Positions 50,430 to 61,536 of a stretch of 64,000 nt of DNA are shown here, one piece after another (positions within the stretch are counted from its first letter, which is position 1; the number at the start of each line of letters is the position of its first letter). Made by a program: the position numbers and the translations under genes. The notes beneath the pieces are model-generated. The model saw nothing but the letters and a program-made list of their open reading frames with translations, did no database searches and was not told the origin of the DNA. Source of the stretch: Candidatus Latescibacterota bacterium (GTDB taxonomy: Bacteria > Latescibacterota > UBA2968 > GCA-2709665); NCBI GenBank assembly GCA_965219455.1, contig OZ244744.1, forward strand, positions 3,008,001 through 3,072,000, in the 5' to 3' direction.

Positions 50430-52391
50430 TCAGGTCGCATCATCCGTCTCCGTCAGATGCGCCTTCCGCGCCTCCTCGACCTTCTCGGGTGGAATCGGCC
50501 TGGAGAGCCCCACATAAAATGCCAGGTACCACATGACGAAAATTCCGAAAACAAGCATCAACAACTGCCATACCCACAGCGAAGGCAGGCCGAACGGGCC
50601 CCACGTTGCGGGCTGGTTGGGATCGCCGAACAGCGAATTTCCCACCACGGCAAAGGGTCCGAAACCCACGAGGAACCACACCACGGTGAGCAGCCATGCC
50701 ACGGGAACGTGCCTGCGCCGTTCCGGAGAAATTCCGGAAACCGCCTGAACGAAGCGGTGGTGGTTTGCTTTTTTCTCCCGGTCCTCGCCGGTCTCCGGCC
50801 ACAGGTAGGAAACCAGCCCGGCGACCAGCAGATTGAAGAAAATTCCCCAGCCGGCACTGTGAATCGTCAACGGGTACGCTCCCCAGGGCGCGTCTCCGAT
50901 CGACGATGCAATGCGCTCCGGAAGGAACAGCTGCATAAATCCCATAATCGCAGGCAGGATCTCCGCAACCGTGCGGTCCGTGAGTGTGACAGCCACGAGT
51001 CCCGCCACCAGCCCCCACACCACACCCCGCCGCGTGAAAAAGCGGAAGTAACATAGCCCCATCAGGGCCGGATACATCTGAAACCCGTACGCCACGGCCA
51101 GACCGCCCAGCATCACGATGGCCTGTGTCGACTTGGCCGCGACAAAAAGCGCCGCGAGCGTTACCAGAATCACAAAAATGCGGCCGTAGAGTTTCTGCAT
51201 ACTGTCCGACGCGTCTGGCGAAATATAGCGCCGATAAAGATCCCGGGTTACCATCCCGCTGAACGTCGACATATACGCCGCCCCGGTGCTCTGCATGGCC
51301 CCCAGCGCACACACAGCCAGCAATCCCACCAGCCACGGGTAACTGTCCGAAAGCAAGTTGATCAACTGGGGCACCAATTTCGGCCGGCTCACCTCGTCGA
51401 AGACCCCGTTGGCCAGCAGCACATTGCCGCCCAGCCCCTGAAAAATGGTAAAGGTAAAAAGGATGATCCCGATGATTAGCGAAGAAGCCACCACCTGCTG
51501 CCAACGGAACGGTTTACTGCTGCGGTTGGAAAAGGCCCACATCGAAAACGCGGGCGAAGACTGGATGCCCATCAATGCGAACATATAAGTCATGCACATC
51601 ATGCCGGTCCAGACGCCGCCGACCGCTTTCGACCCCGCGGAGACAATTTGAATTGAGCCGGGAAGCGCCACGTAATGTGAATGCCCCGCGGCCGTCAGTC
51701 CCTTTCCCGAAGCCAGGTCCTGGCGAACAAGATTCCCGACACCCTCGGTGAAAGCGGTCCATCCACCGGCAAAATGAACGGCGACGAAACCCAGTGTGAC
51801 GATCCCGAGCGCCAGAAGAATGCACTGCGCGCAGTCTACGTACGCCACGGAACGCAGCCCGCCGGCAGCCACATAGATCATCACAATGGCGGACAGGGCG
51901 AACATCCCCACTTCGACGCTTATCAGATCATTGGAAAGTACGTTGAACAACGACCCCGAGGCCCGCAACTGAACGCCCAGATAAGGCACGCTGAAAAGAA
52001 ACGCCACGAGCACGGTCAGCAAACGGATCGTATCGCCCCCGTAATAGTGAGAATACATCTCGCCGGGCGTGATATGCTGAAACGCCTTGCCGATCAGCCA
52101 TTGCCGTCTCAAAAAAAGCACGCCCGTTAGCGGGATCGTCAACGCATAAAAGGAAGCAAACGCATAGGGCAGGCCCGCCTCCAGAATCAGGCCCGGATGA
52201 CCCACAAAGGTCCAGCCAGAAAAACTGGTGGCCGTGGCGGCGAGCACAAAAACCCAGACCCCGATACTGCGACCGGCCACGAAATAGTCCGCGGAGGTAC
52301 GCGATCGCAGCGCCCCCCGGAACCCCCAGAAAAGACAATAGGCCCAGTAAATGCCCACAAAGATCAACAACCAGATCAGTTTGGCTTCCAC
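50430..52391 (-). CDS. Sodium:solute symporter family protein
   Basis: DYFVAGRS, ATSFSGWTFVGHPG, GGLRSVAYVD, GAMQST; many TM helices. Confidence 0.92.
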   Translation of the reverse strand: MEAKLIWLLIFVGIYWAYCLFWGFRGALRSRTSADYFVAGRSIGVWVFVLAATATSFSGWTFVGHPGLILEAGLPYAFASFYALTIPLTGVLFLRRQWLIGKAFQHITPGEMYSHYYGGDTIRLLTVLVAFLFSVPYLGVQLRASGSLFNVLSNDLISVEVGMFALSAIVMIYVAAGGLRSVAYVDCAQCILLALGIVTLGFVAVHFAGGWTAFTEGVGNLVRQDLASGKGLTAAGHSHYVALPGSIQIVSAGSKAVGGVWTGMMCMTYMFALMGIQSSPAFSMWAFSNRSSKPFRWQQVVASSLIIGIILFTFTIFQGLGGNVLLANGVFDEVSRPKLVPQLINLLSDSYPWLVGLLAVCALGAMQSTGAAYMSTFSGMVTRDLYRRYISPDASDSMQKLYGRIFVILVTLAALFVAAKSTQAIVMLGGLAVAYGFQMYPALMGLCYFRFFTRRGVVWGLVAGLVAVTLTDRTVAEILPAIMGFMQLFLPERIASSIGDAPWGAYPLTIHSAGWGIFFNLLVAGLVSYLWPETGEDREKKANHHRFVQAVSGISPERRRHVPVAWLLTVVWFLVGFGPFAVVGNSLFGDPNQPATWGPFGLPSLWVWQLLMLVFGIFVMWYLAFYVGLSRPIPPEKVEEARKAHLTETDDAT

Positions 52392-52542
52392 AACGTCCGT
52401 CCCTCCGGCGGAAATGTAGAAATAGTGAAGAACAGGCCCGGCAAGGTATGAATAAAGGCACTGCTACGCAACGAGTAAGTGACCGAACGCAGCCGACCGT
52501 GACAGTCGCAAGCGAGCAGCCGTTGTGTCCGCCGCTTTACAG

Positions 52543-53826
52543 CTACCACGCTGTCAGCGATTCCGTGAACAGCGCTGCCAGATCCGCTTCGCCGGCGGGC
52601 CTCGGCGACAGCTTGGTCACGCGATGCTGGGGCAGCGTGCCCTCCACCAGCGCCGGCACATCCGTTTCCGTAAACCCGATCGCCGAAAGTCCGTTCGGCA
52701 TTTCAAGCCGCTTCATCAGCGCCACAATGCGATCCGCGAGTACCTCGCCCGCCTCCGCCTCGGGGTCGCTCACCTCTGAAATATCCGCGCCCAGCAATGC
52801 CGCGGCCTTGAGATGTCGGTCCGGGCAGGCCGGCCCCGTAAATCGAAAGGCCGCCGGCGCGTTCAGGAAAACCGACATCCCGTGAGGTACGATGGGATGA
52901 TCGCTCACCAACCCCTCGGGCTTGAAATCACGCACCATACCCGACACGGGATAGGACATCCCGTGAGGCAGATGAACGCCCGCGTTGCCGAAGCCCATAC
53001 CCGCCATACTCGAAGCCAGAATCATATTCGACCGCGCCTCGTCATCCTCCGGATCCGCAACCGCGCGCACGATATTTTCGGCGACCAGTTCGATGGCCCT
53101 GACCGCCCACATATCGCTGATCGGATTGGTTCCCTGGTATGCCGGCCGCAGGATCGGCCGTTCGGGCAAGGGCCGCTGGTCGTACGGAATCGCCGTATAG
53201 GACTCGAGGGCGTGGCATAGTACGTCCAGTCCCGTAGACGCTGCCACAACCGGCGGCATTGTCCGCGTATTCTCGGGATCCACAATGCCCAGCGTGGGTT
53301 TCAGGCGACGGTGCGCAATGCCGGTTTTCACGTGTTTTTCGGAGATATCGAATATCGTGACTCCCGTGGTCTCGCTGCCCGTTCCCGCGGTCGTCGGAAT
53401 CGCGATCAGCGGCTTGAGTGCCCCGGGTACCGGCTTGCCGCTCCCGATCGGCGCGTTCACGTACGCGTAGAAATCATCGGGATAGGTGGAATAGAGGTTC
53501 GCGGCTTTTGCCGTATCGATTGAGGAGCCCCCGCCCACCGCGAGAAAAGCATCGAAATTTCCATCCAATGCAAAGTCAATCGCCTCCTGAAAAGACACGT
53601 CTGTCGGCTCTACCCGGACCCGATCGAAAAGCGCGTATTCGACTCGCTCGCTTGCGAGGGCCTCGACCACGGTGCGCACCGGGGGCAGTTCCACCAGGTT
53701 GGGGTCCGTTAACAGCATCACCCGCCTGGCGCCCAACTCGGACAGATCCATTCCCACTTCCCGCGTGGCTCCCGGGCCGAACCGCAAATTCGAAGTCCCC
53801 ATTTCAAACGCGAAATCTTTCTGCAT
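52543..53826 (-). CDS. Hydroxyacid-oxoacid transhydrogenase (Fe-containing ADH family)
   Basis: GGGSSIDTAKAANL, PTTAGTGSETTG, DVLCHALESYT, RPAYQGTNP, GVHLPHGMSYP. Confidence 0.9.
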   Translation of the reverse strand: MQKDFAFEMGTSNLRFGPGATREVGMDLSELGARRVMLLTDPNLVELPPVRTVVEALASERVEYALFDRVRVEPTDVSFQEAIDFALDGNFDAFLAVGGGSSIDTAKAANLYSTYPDDFYAYVNAPIGSGKPVPGALKPLIAIPTTAGTGSETTGVTIFDISEKHVKTGIAHRRLKPTLGIVDPENTRTMPPVVAASTGLDVLCHALESYTAIPYDQRPLPERPILRPAYQGTNPISDMWAVRAIELVAENIVRAVADPEDDEARSNMILASSMAGMGFGNAGVHLPHGMSYPVSGMVRDFKPEGLVSDHPIVPHGMSVFLNAPAAFRFTGPACPDRHLKAAALLGADISEVSDPEAEAGEVLADRIVALMKRLEMPNGLSAIGFTETDVPALVEGTLPQHRVTKLSPRPAGEADLAALFTESLTAW

Positions 53827-54317
53827 TGCGTTCTCCTGTAATCAGAAATGGCAAAGATCGAACGGAAATAGCGCGCCTTCAACCTTCCTGTTCGAAACGC
53901 GCGGGGTTGTTATTTTAAGAAAATGCATGGATCGAGGCAAGGATTACAGGGAAGAAGCCGTATACGGGCAGTGGCAGCGTACAATTTTCGCATGGAACTG
54001 CGTTCCGGGCGGATGGTCATTGAAATCGGAGCGACATAGAGTCTCCCCCATCCACTAACGTCCCCTATTCCCTTGCCCTTTTTCTTGCATCGCCCAAGAA
54101 AAAGGGCGAAAAAGAAGGGCGCCGCTCAGACGCCGCGGGACTGCTTTTCCGCGAATCGCCTCAGGGGCAAAGACCTGCGTCGATGGCCTGCCAGGATCGT
54201 GGCGTCCACAAACCTTGTTGCTGAACGGATAAGCGCGGAAAAGCCCCCTCTCCGCCACCGGGCGGGCGAGAGGACAACGTGAAAAGCCGCACACGTTCTC
54301 GCGCCGTTGTTGAATTC

Positions 54318-54342
54318 GTAGGGGCGACTCTCAGAGTCGCCC
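54318..54342 (+). repeat. GTAG-type REP-like palindrome
   Basis: GTAG-GGGCGACTC-TCA-GAGTCGCCC. Confidence 0.6.
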
Positions 54343-54511
54343 ACGTTGTGGCGAGCATATCGCTGATTGGCGTCGCCTGGCCGTATCGCTAACCGGTTTT
54401 GGCTGTCTGCTGAATGCTCTACGCTGACAGCTGACTGTCGTCACCGACCTACACGCCTGCGCCGCTGCAGGACTTTCTCGCAGACGTGATGGCTTTTGTT
54501 TATCATGACGT

Positions 54512-56542
54512 GTGTATCTGCACAAGTCGTTTGCGTGCCCTTCCGCCACTCACTTATTGGACGACAATCCTGTGGCTCGTGAAGACCCCCCGAGAATTCG
54601 CAATCTTGGTATCCTCGCGCACGTCGATGCCGGCAAGACGACCGTAACTGAGAATATGCTGTTTCTCAGCGGCGCCATCCGCTCGCCTGGAAATGTCGAC
54701 AAAGGGACAAGTCTCTCCGATGCGCTCGACGTGGAGAGGCGGCGAGGGATCTCGGTCCGGGCATCGGCGCTGTCATTCGAGTGGGACGGCGTGAGGATCA
54801 ACCTGATCGACACGCCGGGGCACGTCGATTTTTCCGCCGAGGTCGAGCGATCTCTGCGCGTGCTCGACTGCGCCGTGCTCGTTCTTTCCGCGGTCGAAGG
54901 CATCCAGGCTCAGACGGAATCGATCTGGGCCGCACTGGAAGCGCTGAGCATACCCGTCATCCTGTTCGTGAACAAGCTGGATCGGATGGGCGCGGATACG
55001 GCCAGGGTCGTCGATGATCTGAAGCGCCGATTTTCACCCGACGTGATTCCGGTCAATCAGCCGGAGAAGGAAGGCGAACCGGACGCGGGAATCGTCGATC
55101 TCGATCCGGACGGTCTGACCGCCCTGACAGAGAGCGTCGCCGCGAAGGACGACGTGTACCTGGAGCGATTCCTGAACGAGGAGCCAATTTCACGAGCGGA
55201 GATCGAGAAGGTGATCGCGGCTTGCACGGCAAAGAGAGAGCTGTTTCCCATACTCTGTGGCGTGGCCAAGAACATGATCGGAACGGAGGAACTGCTGGGG
55301 AAGATCGTGGCCTGGTTCCCCGATGCGAATGCCGACGACTCACGTCCGGCCTCCGGTGTGGTGTTCAAGCTCGACCACGATCCGAAACTTGGGCGGATCG
55401 CCGGCGTTCGTCTCTATGCGGGACGACTCCAAAACAGAGATATCATCCGGAATGTCACGGCTGATCGCGACGAGAAGATTACGCAGATCAAGAAATCCTT
55501 TCTCAATCGATATGAGGACACAGGCGTCCTCTCCGCCGGCGACATCGGTTTCTTCTGCGGGATGCCGGAGGCGAAGATCGGCGACATCCTGGGCGACCCG
55601 GGCCCCATCCCCGGGTCCTACGAGCTCGGAGAGCCTCTGCTGTCGGTACAGGCTATCGCGGAAGACGAGGCGGATCACTCTCGACTGGCCGGGGCGCTGC
55701 AGCAGTTGTCGAGCGAAGACCCACACCTCAACTTCACGTGGTTCGAGGATGAACGCGAACTGCACGTGAAGATCATGGGTGCGGTTCAGGCGGAGATTCT
55801 GAAGGAGATGCTCGATGCGCGCTTTGGCATCAGAGCGCGGTTCAATGACCCGATGGTCATTTACAAGGAGACACCTGCTTCGGTCGGACACGGCATTGAG
55901 CGCTACACGATGCCGAAGCCGTGTTGGGCCATCGTGAAGTACCGGATGGAACCGGGCGAGCCGGGAAGCGGTGTTGTTTATTCGTCACGGGTCGGCGTCA
56001 ACGACATCAAGGCCCGATATCAGAAGGAGATCGAAAGATCGATCGAGGACGCGCTCAGGCAGGGAATCAAGGGATGGGAGGTCACGGATCTGAGGATCAC
56101 CCTGGTGGAGGGGAGCGATCACGTGTTGCACAGCCGCGCGGGCAATTTCAGACTGGCAACGAATATCGCCTTGTTGAAAGGGCTGACCGAGACCGGGTCG
56201 ATTCTGCTCGAACCGATTCTGGCGTTCAAAATCTCGGTGCCCGAAACCTACATTGGAAAGATCACGTCGGATATCATAAATGCGCGCGGTACCTTCGATC
56301 CGGTGGAGGCTGACGGAGGTGCGTTATCGATTACAGGACGATTACCCCTGGCGACTTCGATGGACTATCCGATCCGGCTGAACTCGTTGACAGGCGGAAC
56401 GGCGAAGTTCTCCTTCAAGTACGGCGGATATGAGCCCTGCCCGCCGGGCGAGGGCGTCGTGCGGCCCTACAAAGGGATATCGCCGCTGGATCGGGCGAAG
56501 TATATCTTGAAGATGCGCGGGGCGGTAACGGAAGCCGTTTGA
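54512..56542 (+). CDS. TetM/TetO-like ribosomal-protection-family translation GTPase
   Basis: NLGILAHVDAGKTT, ERRRGIS, DTPGHVDF, NKLD, QGIKGWEVTD; start is probably GTG at 54572. Confidence 0.85.
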   Translation: MYLHKSFACPSATHLLDDNPVAREDPPRIRNLGILAHVDAGKTTVTENMLFLSGAIRSPGNVDKGTSLSDALDVERRRGISVRASALSFEWDGVRINLIDTPGHVDFSAEVERSLRVLDCAVLVLSAVEGIQAQTESIWAALEALSIPVILFVNKLDRMGADTARVVDDLKRRFSPDVIPVNQPEKEGEPDAGIVDLDPDGLTALTESVAAKDDVYLERFLNEEPISRAEIEKVIAACTAKRELFPILCGVAKNMIGTEELLGKIVAWFPDANADDSRPASGVVFKLDHDPKLGRIAGVRLYAGRLQNRDIIRNVTADRDEKITQIKKSFLNRYEDTGVLSAGDIGFFCGMPEAKIGDILGDPGPIPGSYELGEPLLSVQAIAEDEADHSRLAGALQQLSSEDPHLNFTWFEDERELHVKIMGAVQAEILKEMLDARFGIRARFNDPMVIYKETPASVGHGIERYTMPKPCWAIVKYRMEPGEPGSGVVYSSRVGVNDIKARYQKEIERSIEDALRQGIKGWEVTDLRITLVEGSDHVLHSRAGNFRLATNIALLKGLTETGSILLEPILAFKISVPETYIGKITSDIINARGTFDPVEADGGALSITGRLPLATSMDYPIRLNSLTGGTAKFSFKYGGYEPCPPGEGVVRPYKGISPLDRAKYILKMRGAVTEAV

Positions 56543-56610
56543 ATCAATTGTCAGGAATCAAGGAGGCAGCGCGAAGCGTCGGCCTGAAACAGCGCAGATA
56601 GCTTGATGAA

Positions 56611-56880
56611 TCAAACCCGGCTTCCCATCCCGGTTCTTCGTTGCCGACTGCGTACGTCGGATCGGACGTTGTCGGTCATGTCCTGAAGTGTGAGTGGACG
56701 CCGTTTGCGAACGGCGTTCGATTTCACATCCTGGCTAAGCATCTTATCGGGATTAAGGTCTGGGCTGTAGGCCGCCAGGAAGATCAGCCGGATGTTGGGC
56801 GCGTGTTTGTCGATCCACTTTCGTGTCTTCCGGGAGCAGTGGACCTGATGTCGATCCATAATCAATATAGATCTTTCGAT
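56611..56880 (-). pseudogene. IS630-family transposase C-terminal remnant
   Basis: ILIMDRHQVH...IRLIFLAAYSPDLNPD (DDE_3 tail, degenerate). Confidence 0.75.
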
Positions 56881-56950
56881 CCGATTGCCGCTTGAGACGG
56901 CGGATGAAGTCCATTTCTGCCTGAAGCATGACGCCTCAATGGAGTGATAT

Positions 56951-58387
56951 ATGCTCGGTTGCCTCATACGGAAAGAGATTCTGGATCACATATTGAGCCT
57001 TCGGTTTCTGATACTGTCAGTGATCGGAGCGCTGGTAATTTTGCTCAGTCTCTATAGCGGCTACACGTACTATCAGTCCAGCCTGGAGAACTACCGATTG
57101 GCAGAAGCGACGACCGAAAATCGCATCCGACAATTGTTGGATTGTGACGATTGGTTGGAGTTAGACGCCATGGGATTCAAGATTCACAAGCCGCCTACAC
57201 CTATGAGCATTTTTGTTCGTGGATTGGAACCGGCACTCGGGCGAACGGTTCTCATTTCCGGAGGCGGAAAACAATTGCCTGCCCGTAGCCCCGAGTCAGT
57301 CGAACCGTCCCTTGGGGTGTTTCCTCTCCTGGACCTGGGGCTTATTGTCCAGATTGTACTAAGCCTGTTTATTCTGTTGTTGACCTACGACGTCGTCTGT
57401 GGAGAAAAAGAAAATGGCACACTACGTTTAATCGACGCCTTTCCAATGTCGAAGGCATCATTACTTCTGGGCAAGTTCCTGGGGGTTTTGATCCCAACGC
57501 TCGCTGCCATTTTTCTGCCCTTGCTACTTGGTTTGGCTGCTGTCCTGATGGCCCCCGACGTAAAGTTCACAGATTTGGAACTTACCCATCTGGTGCTCAT
57601 ATTATTCACCATTGGAATTTACCTCTGCGCCTTCACAGGTGCGGGAATCTTTGCTTCCTGTCTCGTGGGACGCTCAGCCACCGCATTTGTCGTCCTGCTC
57701 AGCTTTTGGGTGGTCACCGTTGTTGTGCTACCCCGTTTGAGTCTCATCGTCGCGGATAGCGTCAGCCCGGCACCTTCCTTTTACAATCTTATCACAGAAA
57801 AGGCAGCCGTTGCAATGGCCGACCTGGAGGCGCGTTACAAACGTCACCGCAATTGGCAGCAGGACTATCAGCGAGTCAACGGCATTGAATGGCGTGAGAC
57901 TCCGGAGGGCCGGGAGGCATACCAACTCTTTTTCGCGCAGACGCGGCGTGAAGCCCGGGCGCACACCTTCGACCGGTGGGACCGTCTGGACGAAGCCTTT
58001 CAGAACCGGTACAACGCTCGGCTGGATTTGGCCATGTACCTGGCACGGCTTTCGCCAACCTTTGCCTTCAACAACGCAACCGTCCGGCTGGCCGGCGTCG
58101 GCTGGGAGCCTCAGCACAGGTTCAAGGCGGCAGGCGAGCGGTTCTGGAAGAAATACCGCGCGTGGTTCGCCCGGACGAAGACCCGCGACCGCCTTAGACT
58201 CGCTCACCCCGGGAAATACGGGGCATATCAGTGGGACGTCTCCGACATGCCCCGGTTCATCTTTCAAGAACGCTGGCACGGTGAAGACGTGCGGTCCGCT
58301 TTGGTGGACATTGGCATCCTCGCCCTGTGGTGCATCATATTCTTCGCCGGCGCCTTCTTCGCCATCCTGAGGTATGATGTGAGGTAA
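56951..58387 (+). CDS. ABC-2-type transporter permease
   Basis: TYDVVCGEKENGTLRL, LLLGKFLG, C-terminal RYDVR. Confidence 0.88.
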   Translation: MLGCLIRKEILDHILSLRFLILSVIGALVILLSLYSGYTYYQSSLENYRLAEATTENRIRQLLDCDDWLELDAMGFKIHKPPTPMSIFVRGLEPALGRTVLISGGGKQLPARSPESVEPSLGVFPLLDLGLIVQIVLSLFILLLTYDVVCGEKENGTLRLIDAFPMSKASLLLGKFLGVLIPTLAAIFLPLLLGLAAVLMAPDVKFTDLELTHLVLILFTIGIYLCAFTGAGIFASCLVGRSATAFVVLLSFWVVTVVVLPRLSLIVADSVSPAPSFYNLITEKAAVAMADLEARYKRHRNWQQDYQRVNGIEWRETPEGREAYQLFFAQTRREARAHTFDRWDRLDEAFQNRYNARLDLAMYLARLSPTFAFNNATVRLAGVGWEPQHRFKAAGERFWKKYRAWFARTKTRDRLRLAHPGKYGAYQWDVSDMPRFIFQERWHGEDVRSALVDIGILALWCIIFFAGAFFAILRYDVR

Positions 58388-58499
58388 GGGGCTGAAATGT
58401 GAAAGGGGCCGCTCCGCCCAACCTCCAAATTCCATTAGCGTGGGGTTCCCCAGGAGGTCCATACGCCGTCTAATGTCTGCCAGGTTCAGGGAGTCACTG

Positions 58500-59912
58500 A
58501 TGTTCAGCCACCTTATCCAGAAGGAACTTCGCCACTATATACTCGATTTCCGTTTCGTTTCTATATTCGTTCTCTGCGCGTTGCTCTCGGTCCTCAGTGT
58601 CTATGTGGGTGGCCAAAAATATCGCCAGCAGCTACGGGAGTATATGACGGTCTCTCAGAGTAACCAGAACAGGCTAAAGACCACCCTGGAGAAAGGATAC
58701 ATATACAATTTATGGTGGTTTGGTTACAATTGGAACCGGAGACCCGAAGTACTCAGCCCGCTGGTATATGGCCTCTCCGGAAAACTAGGCCAGGAAGTAA
58801 ACATTCACGCCCAGAGACCCGTGGAGTTCGAGGGTAGTTCTTTTGAGACTGATCCCGTTCATGGCCTCTTTGGTGTTCTCGACCTGGACTTTATTGTAAA
58901 GGTTGTCCTTAGCTTGTGTGTTCTGTTGTTAACCTACGACGCGATCTGTGGCGAGAAAGAAGCAGGGACATTGAGGCTTTATGCCTCATTCTCCGTATCG
59001 CGGTCCCGGCTAGCTCTTGCTAAGCTTGTCGGATCAACGCTGGCGATAGTCGTTCCCCTTGCATTTGCCTTCTTGCTGGCCTCGGCCGTGTTGGCGCTCT
59101 CTCCAGGAATAAGCCTGAAGGTGCAGGATTGGATGAGGATAGTGTCCCTGATGGGTGTCTTTGTCCTCTATTTAATGGTATACATTGCCTTCGGGCTTTG
59201 GATATCTGCTTCAACCCACCGCCGAATGACGGCCTTTCTGAGCCTTCTGGGTCTGTGGACCATCTGGAATTTTGTAGTTCCGGACATAGCGGTACGCTTT
59301 TCCCGTCGTCTGTCTCCGGTAGAAAGTATCTACGATCTGGAAAAACAGATCGACACAATACGCTGGGAAATTCGGACACGCAGAGTGGAAGAGCTACGCG
59401 CTTACCGGGAACGCACAAGTGTCCAAAACTGGGATGCTCTTACAGGTGCACAGCAGGAAGAGGCTGAAACTGTGCGCCGTACAGCGTTCAAGACGATTCG
59501 TGAAAAGTGGAACCTGCAATACTATCGCAGAATGACGGATATGCAAGCAGTTCGGCACAGCCAGATGCAACGGCAGCAGGCTCTCCTTGCCGTACTGTCG
59601 TCTGTCTCTCCACTAGGCGCGATCAGTTTCACTTCGATGGACCTGGCCCGCACCGGACCTATTCAGCAAGCGCGGATCATAGAGGTGATAGGCCCACACC
59701 TGGTTTATCTGGGAGCATTTATCCCGGAAAAGATGGCACTACCTTCTGAAATCCGTGACCTGACGGACTTTTCCCCGTTTACCTATCGGGACACAGACAC
59801 ACTCGGGGATTGCATCTCTCGGAACGCATTGTATATTCTGAACCTGGTGCTCCTGGCACTGGTGGGTTTTGCCGGGGCGTATGCGGCTTTAATGAGATAC
59901 GATGTGAGATAG
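58500..59912 (+). CDS. ABC-2-type transporter permease (paralog)
   Basis: TYDAICGEKEAGTLRL, C-terminal RYDVR. Confidence 0.88.
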   Translation: MFSHLIQKELRHYILDFRFVSIFVLCALLSVLSVYVGGQKYRQQLREYMTVSQSNQNRLKTTLEKGYIYNLWWFGYNWNRRPEVLSPLVYGLSGKLGQEVNIHAQRPVEFEGSSFETDPVHGLFGVLDLDFIVKVVLSLCVLLLTYDAICGEKEAGTLRLYASFSVSRSRLALAKLVGSTLAIVVPLAFAFLLASAVLALSPGISLKVQDWMRIVSLMGVFVLYLMVYIAFGLWISASTHRRMTAFLSLLGLWTIWNFVVPDIAVRFSRRLSPVESIYDLEKQIDTIRWEIRTRRVEELRAYRERTSVQNWDALTGAQQEEAETVRRTAFKTIREKWNLQYYRRMTDMQAVRHSQMQRQQALLAVLSSVSPLGAISFTSMDLARTGPIQQARIIEVIGPHLVYLGAFIPEKMALPSEIRDLTDFSPFTYRDTDTLGDCISRNALYILNLVLLALVGFAGAYAALMRYDVR

Positions 59913-60018
59913 GTGGCAGGAACAGAGAGTCCGTTGGTTGTTCTGAGTAATGAATGAAAATCGGCGAGCCGTCGCGGGGAGTCTTGATATCAAAATGGAT
60001 CCAGCCGAGCCGCAGCAT

Positions 60019-61536
60019 ATGAAAAAAATCCTCTTTCCCTTGCTCATCTCGATGTTTTCGATCCTGTCCTTTGCCCTTCCCGGTTACGGTCAATATTTCA
60101 CTGAACGCAACGACGAGACCTATCTGATTCTCGCCCTGAAAAAGCAAAAAGCCCGTTTCGACGCCGCCAGGGTCGAATACATCGCGGCCGTGGAACTTAA
60201 ACAAAGAAATCTGATCGCGCTGAACGAATTTGAACGGATCAAAACAAACTACATAAACGAAGAGATCAGCTACCAGCAGGCGATGCTGCGGGTGATCTTC
60301 GATCAGCCCCATATCCTCATCGAAGAAGCGGTCAAATACCAGGCCGAAGACGGCAAAAAGCGCGTGCGGCTCACCCTCAGAAACACCACGGGCGGCGTGG
60401 CCGATTACGAAAAGCTGGTGCAAACCGATGAGAGCGTGTTCGATCCCGCGCTCCAGCCTGACAAGATCAATAACGTGTTTATCTCTCTGCACGAGAGCAC
60501 GGAAGCCGGCGCCGTCGGTCCCATCATCAGCCAGCCTTACGAAGACAAGATTGAAACCCTGCGCTTCGGAGATTCCGCCCGGGTCGATTTTCTTCTGCTC
60601 AAGGACGTGGAGGAAGTGATCGTGAGCATGACGTATGCGGGCACGACCGACCGGAAACATATCTACCTGCAAAAAGATGCCAGTGCCAACCGGGTGATTG
60701 TCTCCTCGCCCAACTTCTCCCAGGAGTCCTATCTGGGCGAAAGCGCCACCTACTCGCTTGAACTGGAACGTTTCTCCAACGAAAACGACGTCTTCCGTCT
60801 GGCCGTGGTCAACCTGCCCCGCCAGATCACGTACAACTTCCTGGACCCCACCTCGGTGCAGATCCAGCGACTTTCTCAAGTCAACTTCACCCAGGGCGTC
60901 ACCAGCAAACAGCTTGCGCTGACAGCCTACCTTCCGGAACGGTCGGACGCTCAGGTGGAAATCGACAAAACCATCACGTTCTACGCGCTGGTGCTGCCCC
61001 AGGAAGTCTGGCGAGACGTGCAGACTTTAGACAGCAAGTCGTTCACCGAAAAAGAGGTCGACGGTCTCAACGCCGGTAAAGTCAAACTGGAACTCATTCC
61101 GCGGGGCGTCGGCCGCATCGAAGTCCGAGCATTGAATCTGTACCATGAAATCCGAACGGATGAAGACGTCTCCATGGACATCACCGTCCTCAATGATGGC
61201 ACGAGGCGGCTGGACAACATTCGCATCCGCACCAATATGCCGCCCAACTGGCAGTCAGACATCCAACCCGACGTCATCTCCGATCTGATGCCCGCCAAAG
61301 AATCCATCGTCAAACTCCAATTCCTGCCGCCCGAAAACGTCGACGTCGGCGACTACGAAATTCAGATCCAGACGCAGGCGCTGGCGGACAACCGTCCCGT
61401 GGAAACACAGGACAAAACCGTGCGCATCCACATCAGCGCCCTGACCAACCTCTGGTTGAGCGCGTCCCTCGTTTTGTGCGTTATCGGCGTGCTCGTTGGC
61501 ATCGTCTGGTATTCAGTCAAACTGACGAGACGTTAA
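60019..61536 (+). CDS. Secreted membrane-anchored protein with NEW3-like Ig domain
   Basis: Signal peptide; ITVLNDGTRRLDNI...PPNWQSDIQP...VGDYEI; C-terminal TM helix followed by RR. Confidence 0.7.
   Translation: MKKILFPLLISMFSILSFALPGYGQYFTERNDETYLILALKKQKARFDAARVEYIAAVELKQRNLIALNEFERIKTNYINEEISYQQAMLRVIFDQPHILIEEAVKYQAEDGKKRVRLTLRNTTGGVADYEKLVQTDESVFDPALQPDKINNVFISLHESTEAGAVGPIISQPYEDKIETLRFGDSARVDFLLLKDVEEVIVSMTYAGTTDRKHIYLQKDASANRVIVSSPNFSQESYLGESATYSLELERFSNENDVFRLAVVNLPRQITYNFLDPTSVQIQRLSQVNFTQGVTSKQLALTAYLPERSDAQVEIDKTITFYALVLPQEVWRDVQTLDSKSFTEKEVDGLNAGKVKLELIPRGVGRIEVRALNLYHEIRTDEDVSMDITVLNDGTRRLDNIRIRTNMPPNWQSDIQPDVISDLMPAKESIVKLQFLPPENVDVGDYEIQIQTQALADNRPVETQDKTVRIHISALTNLWLSASLVLCVIGVLVGIVWYSVKLTRR

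Noticed and set aside
54512-56542. Gene symbol tetM/tetO and a tetracycline-resistance claim
   Set aside because: The resistance-associated loop residues differ, so only a family-level call is supported.
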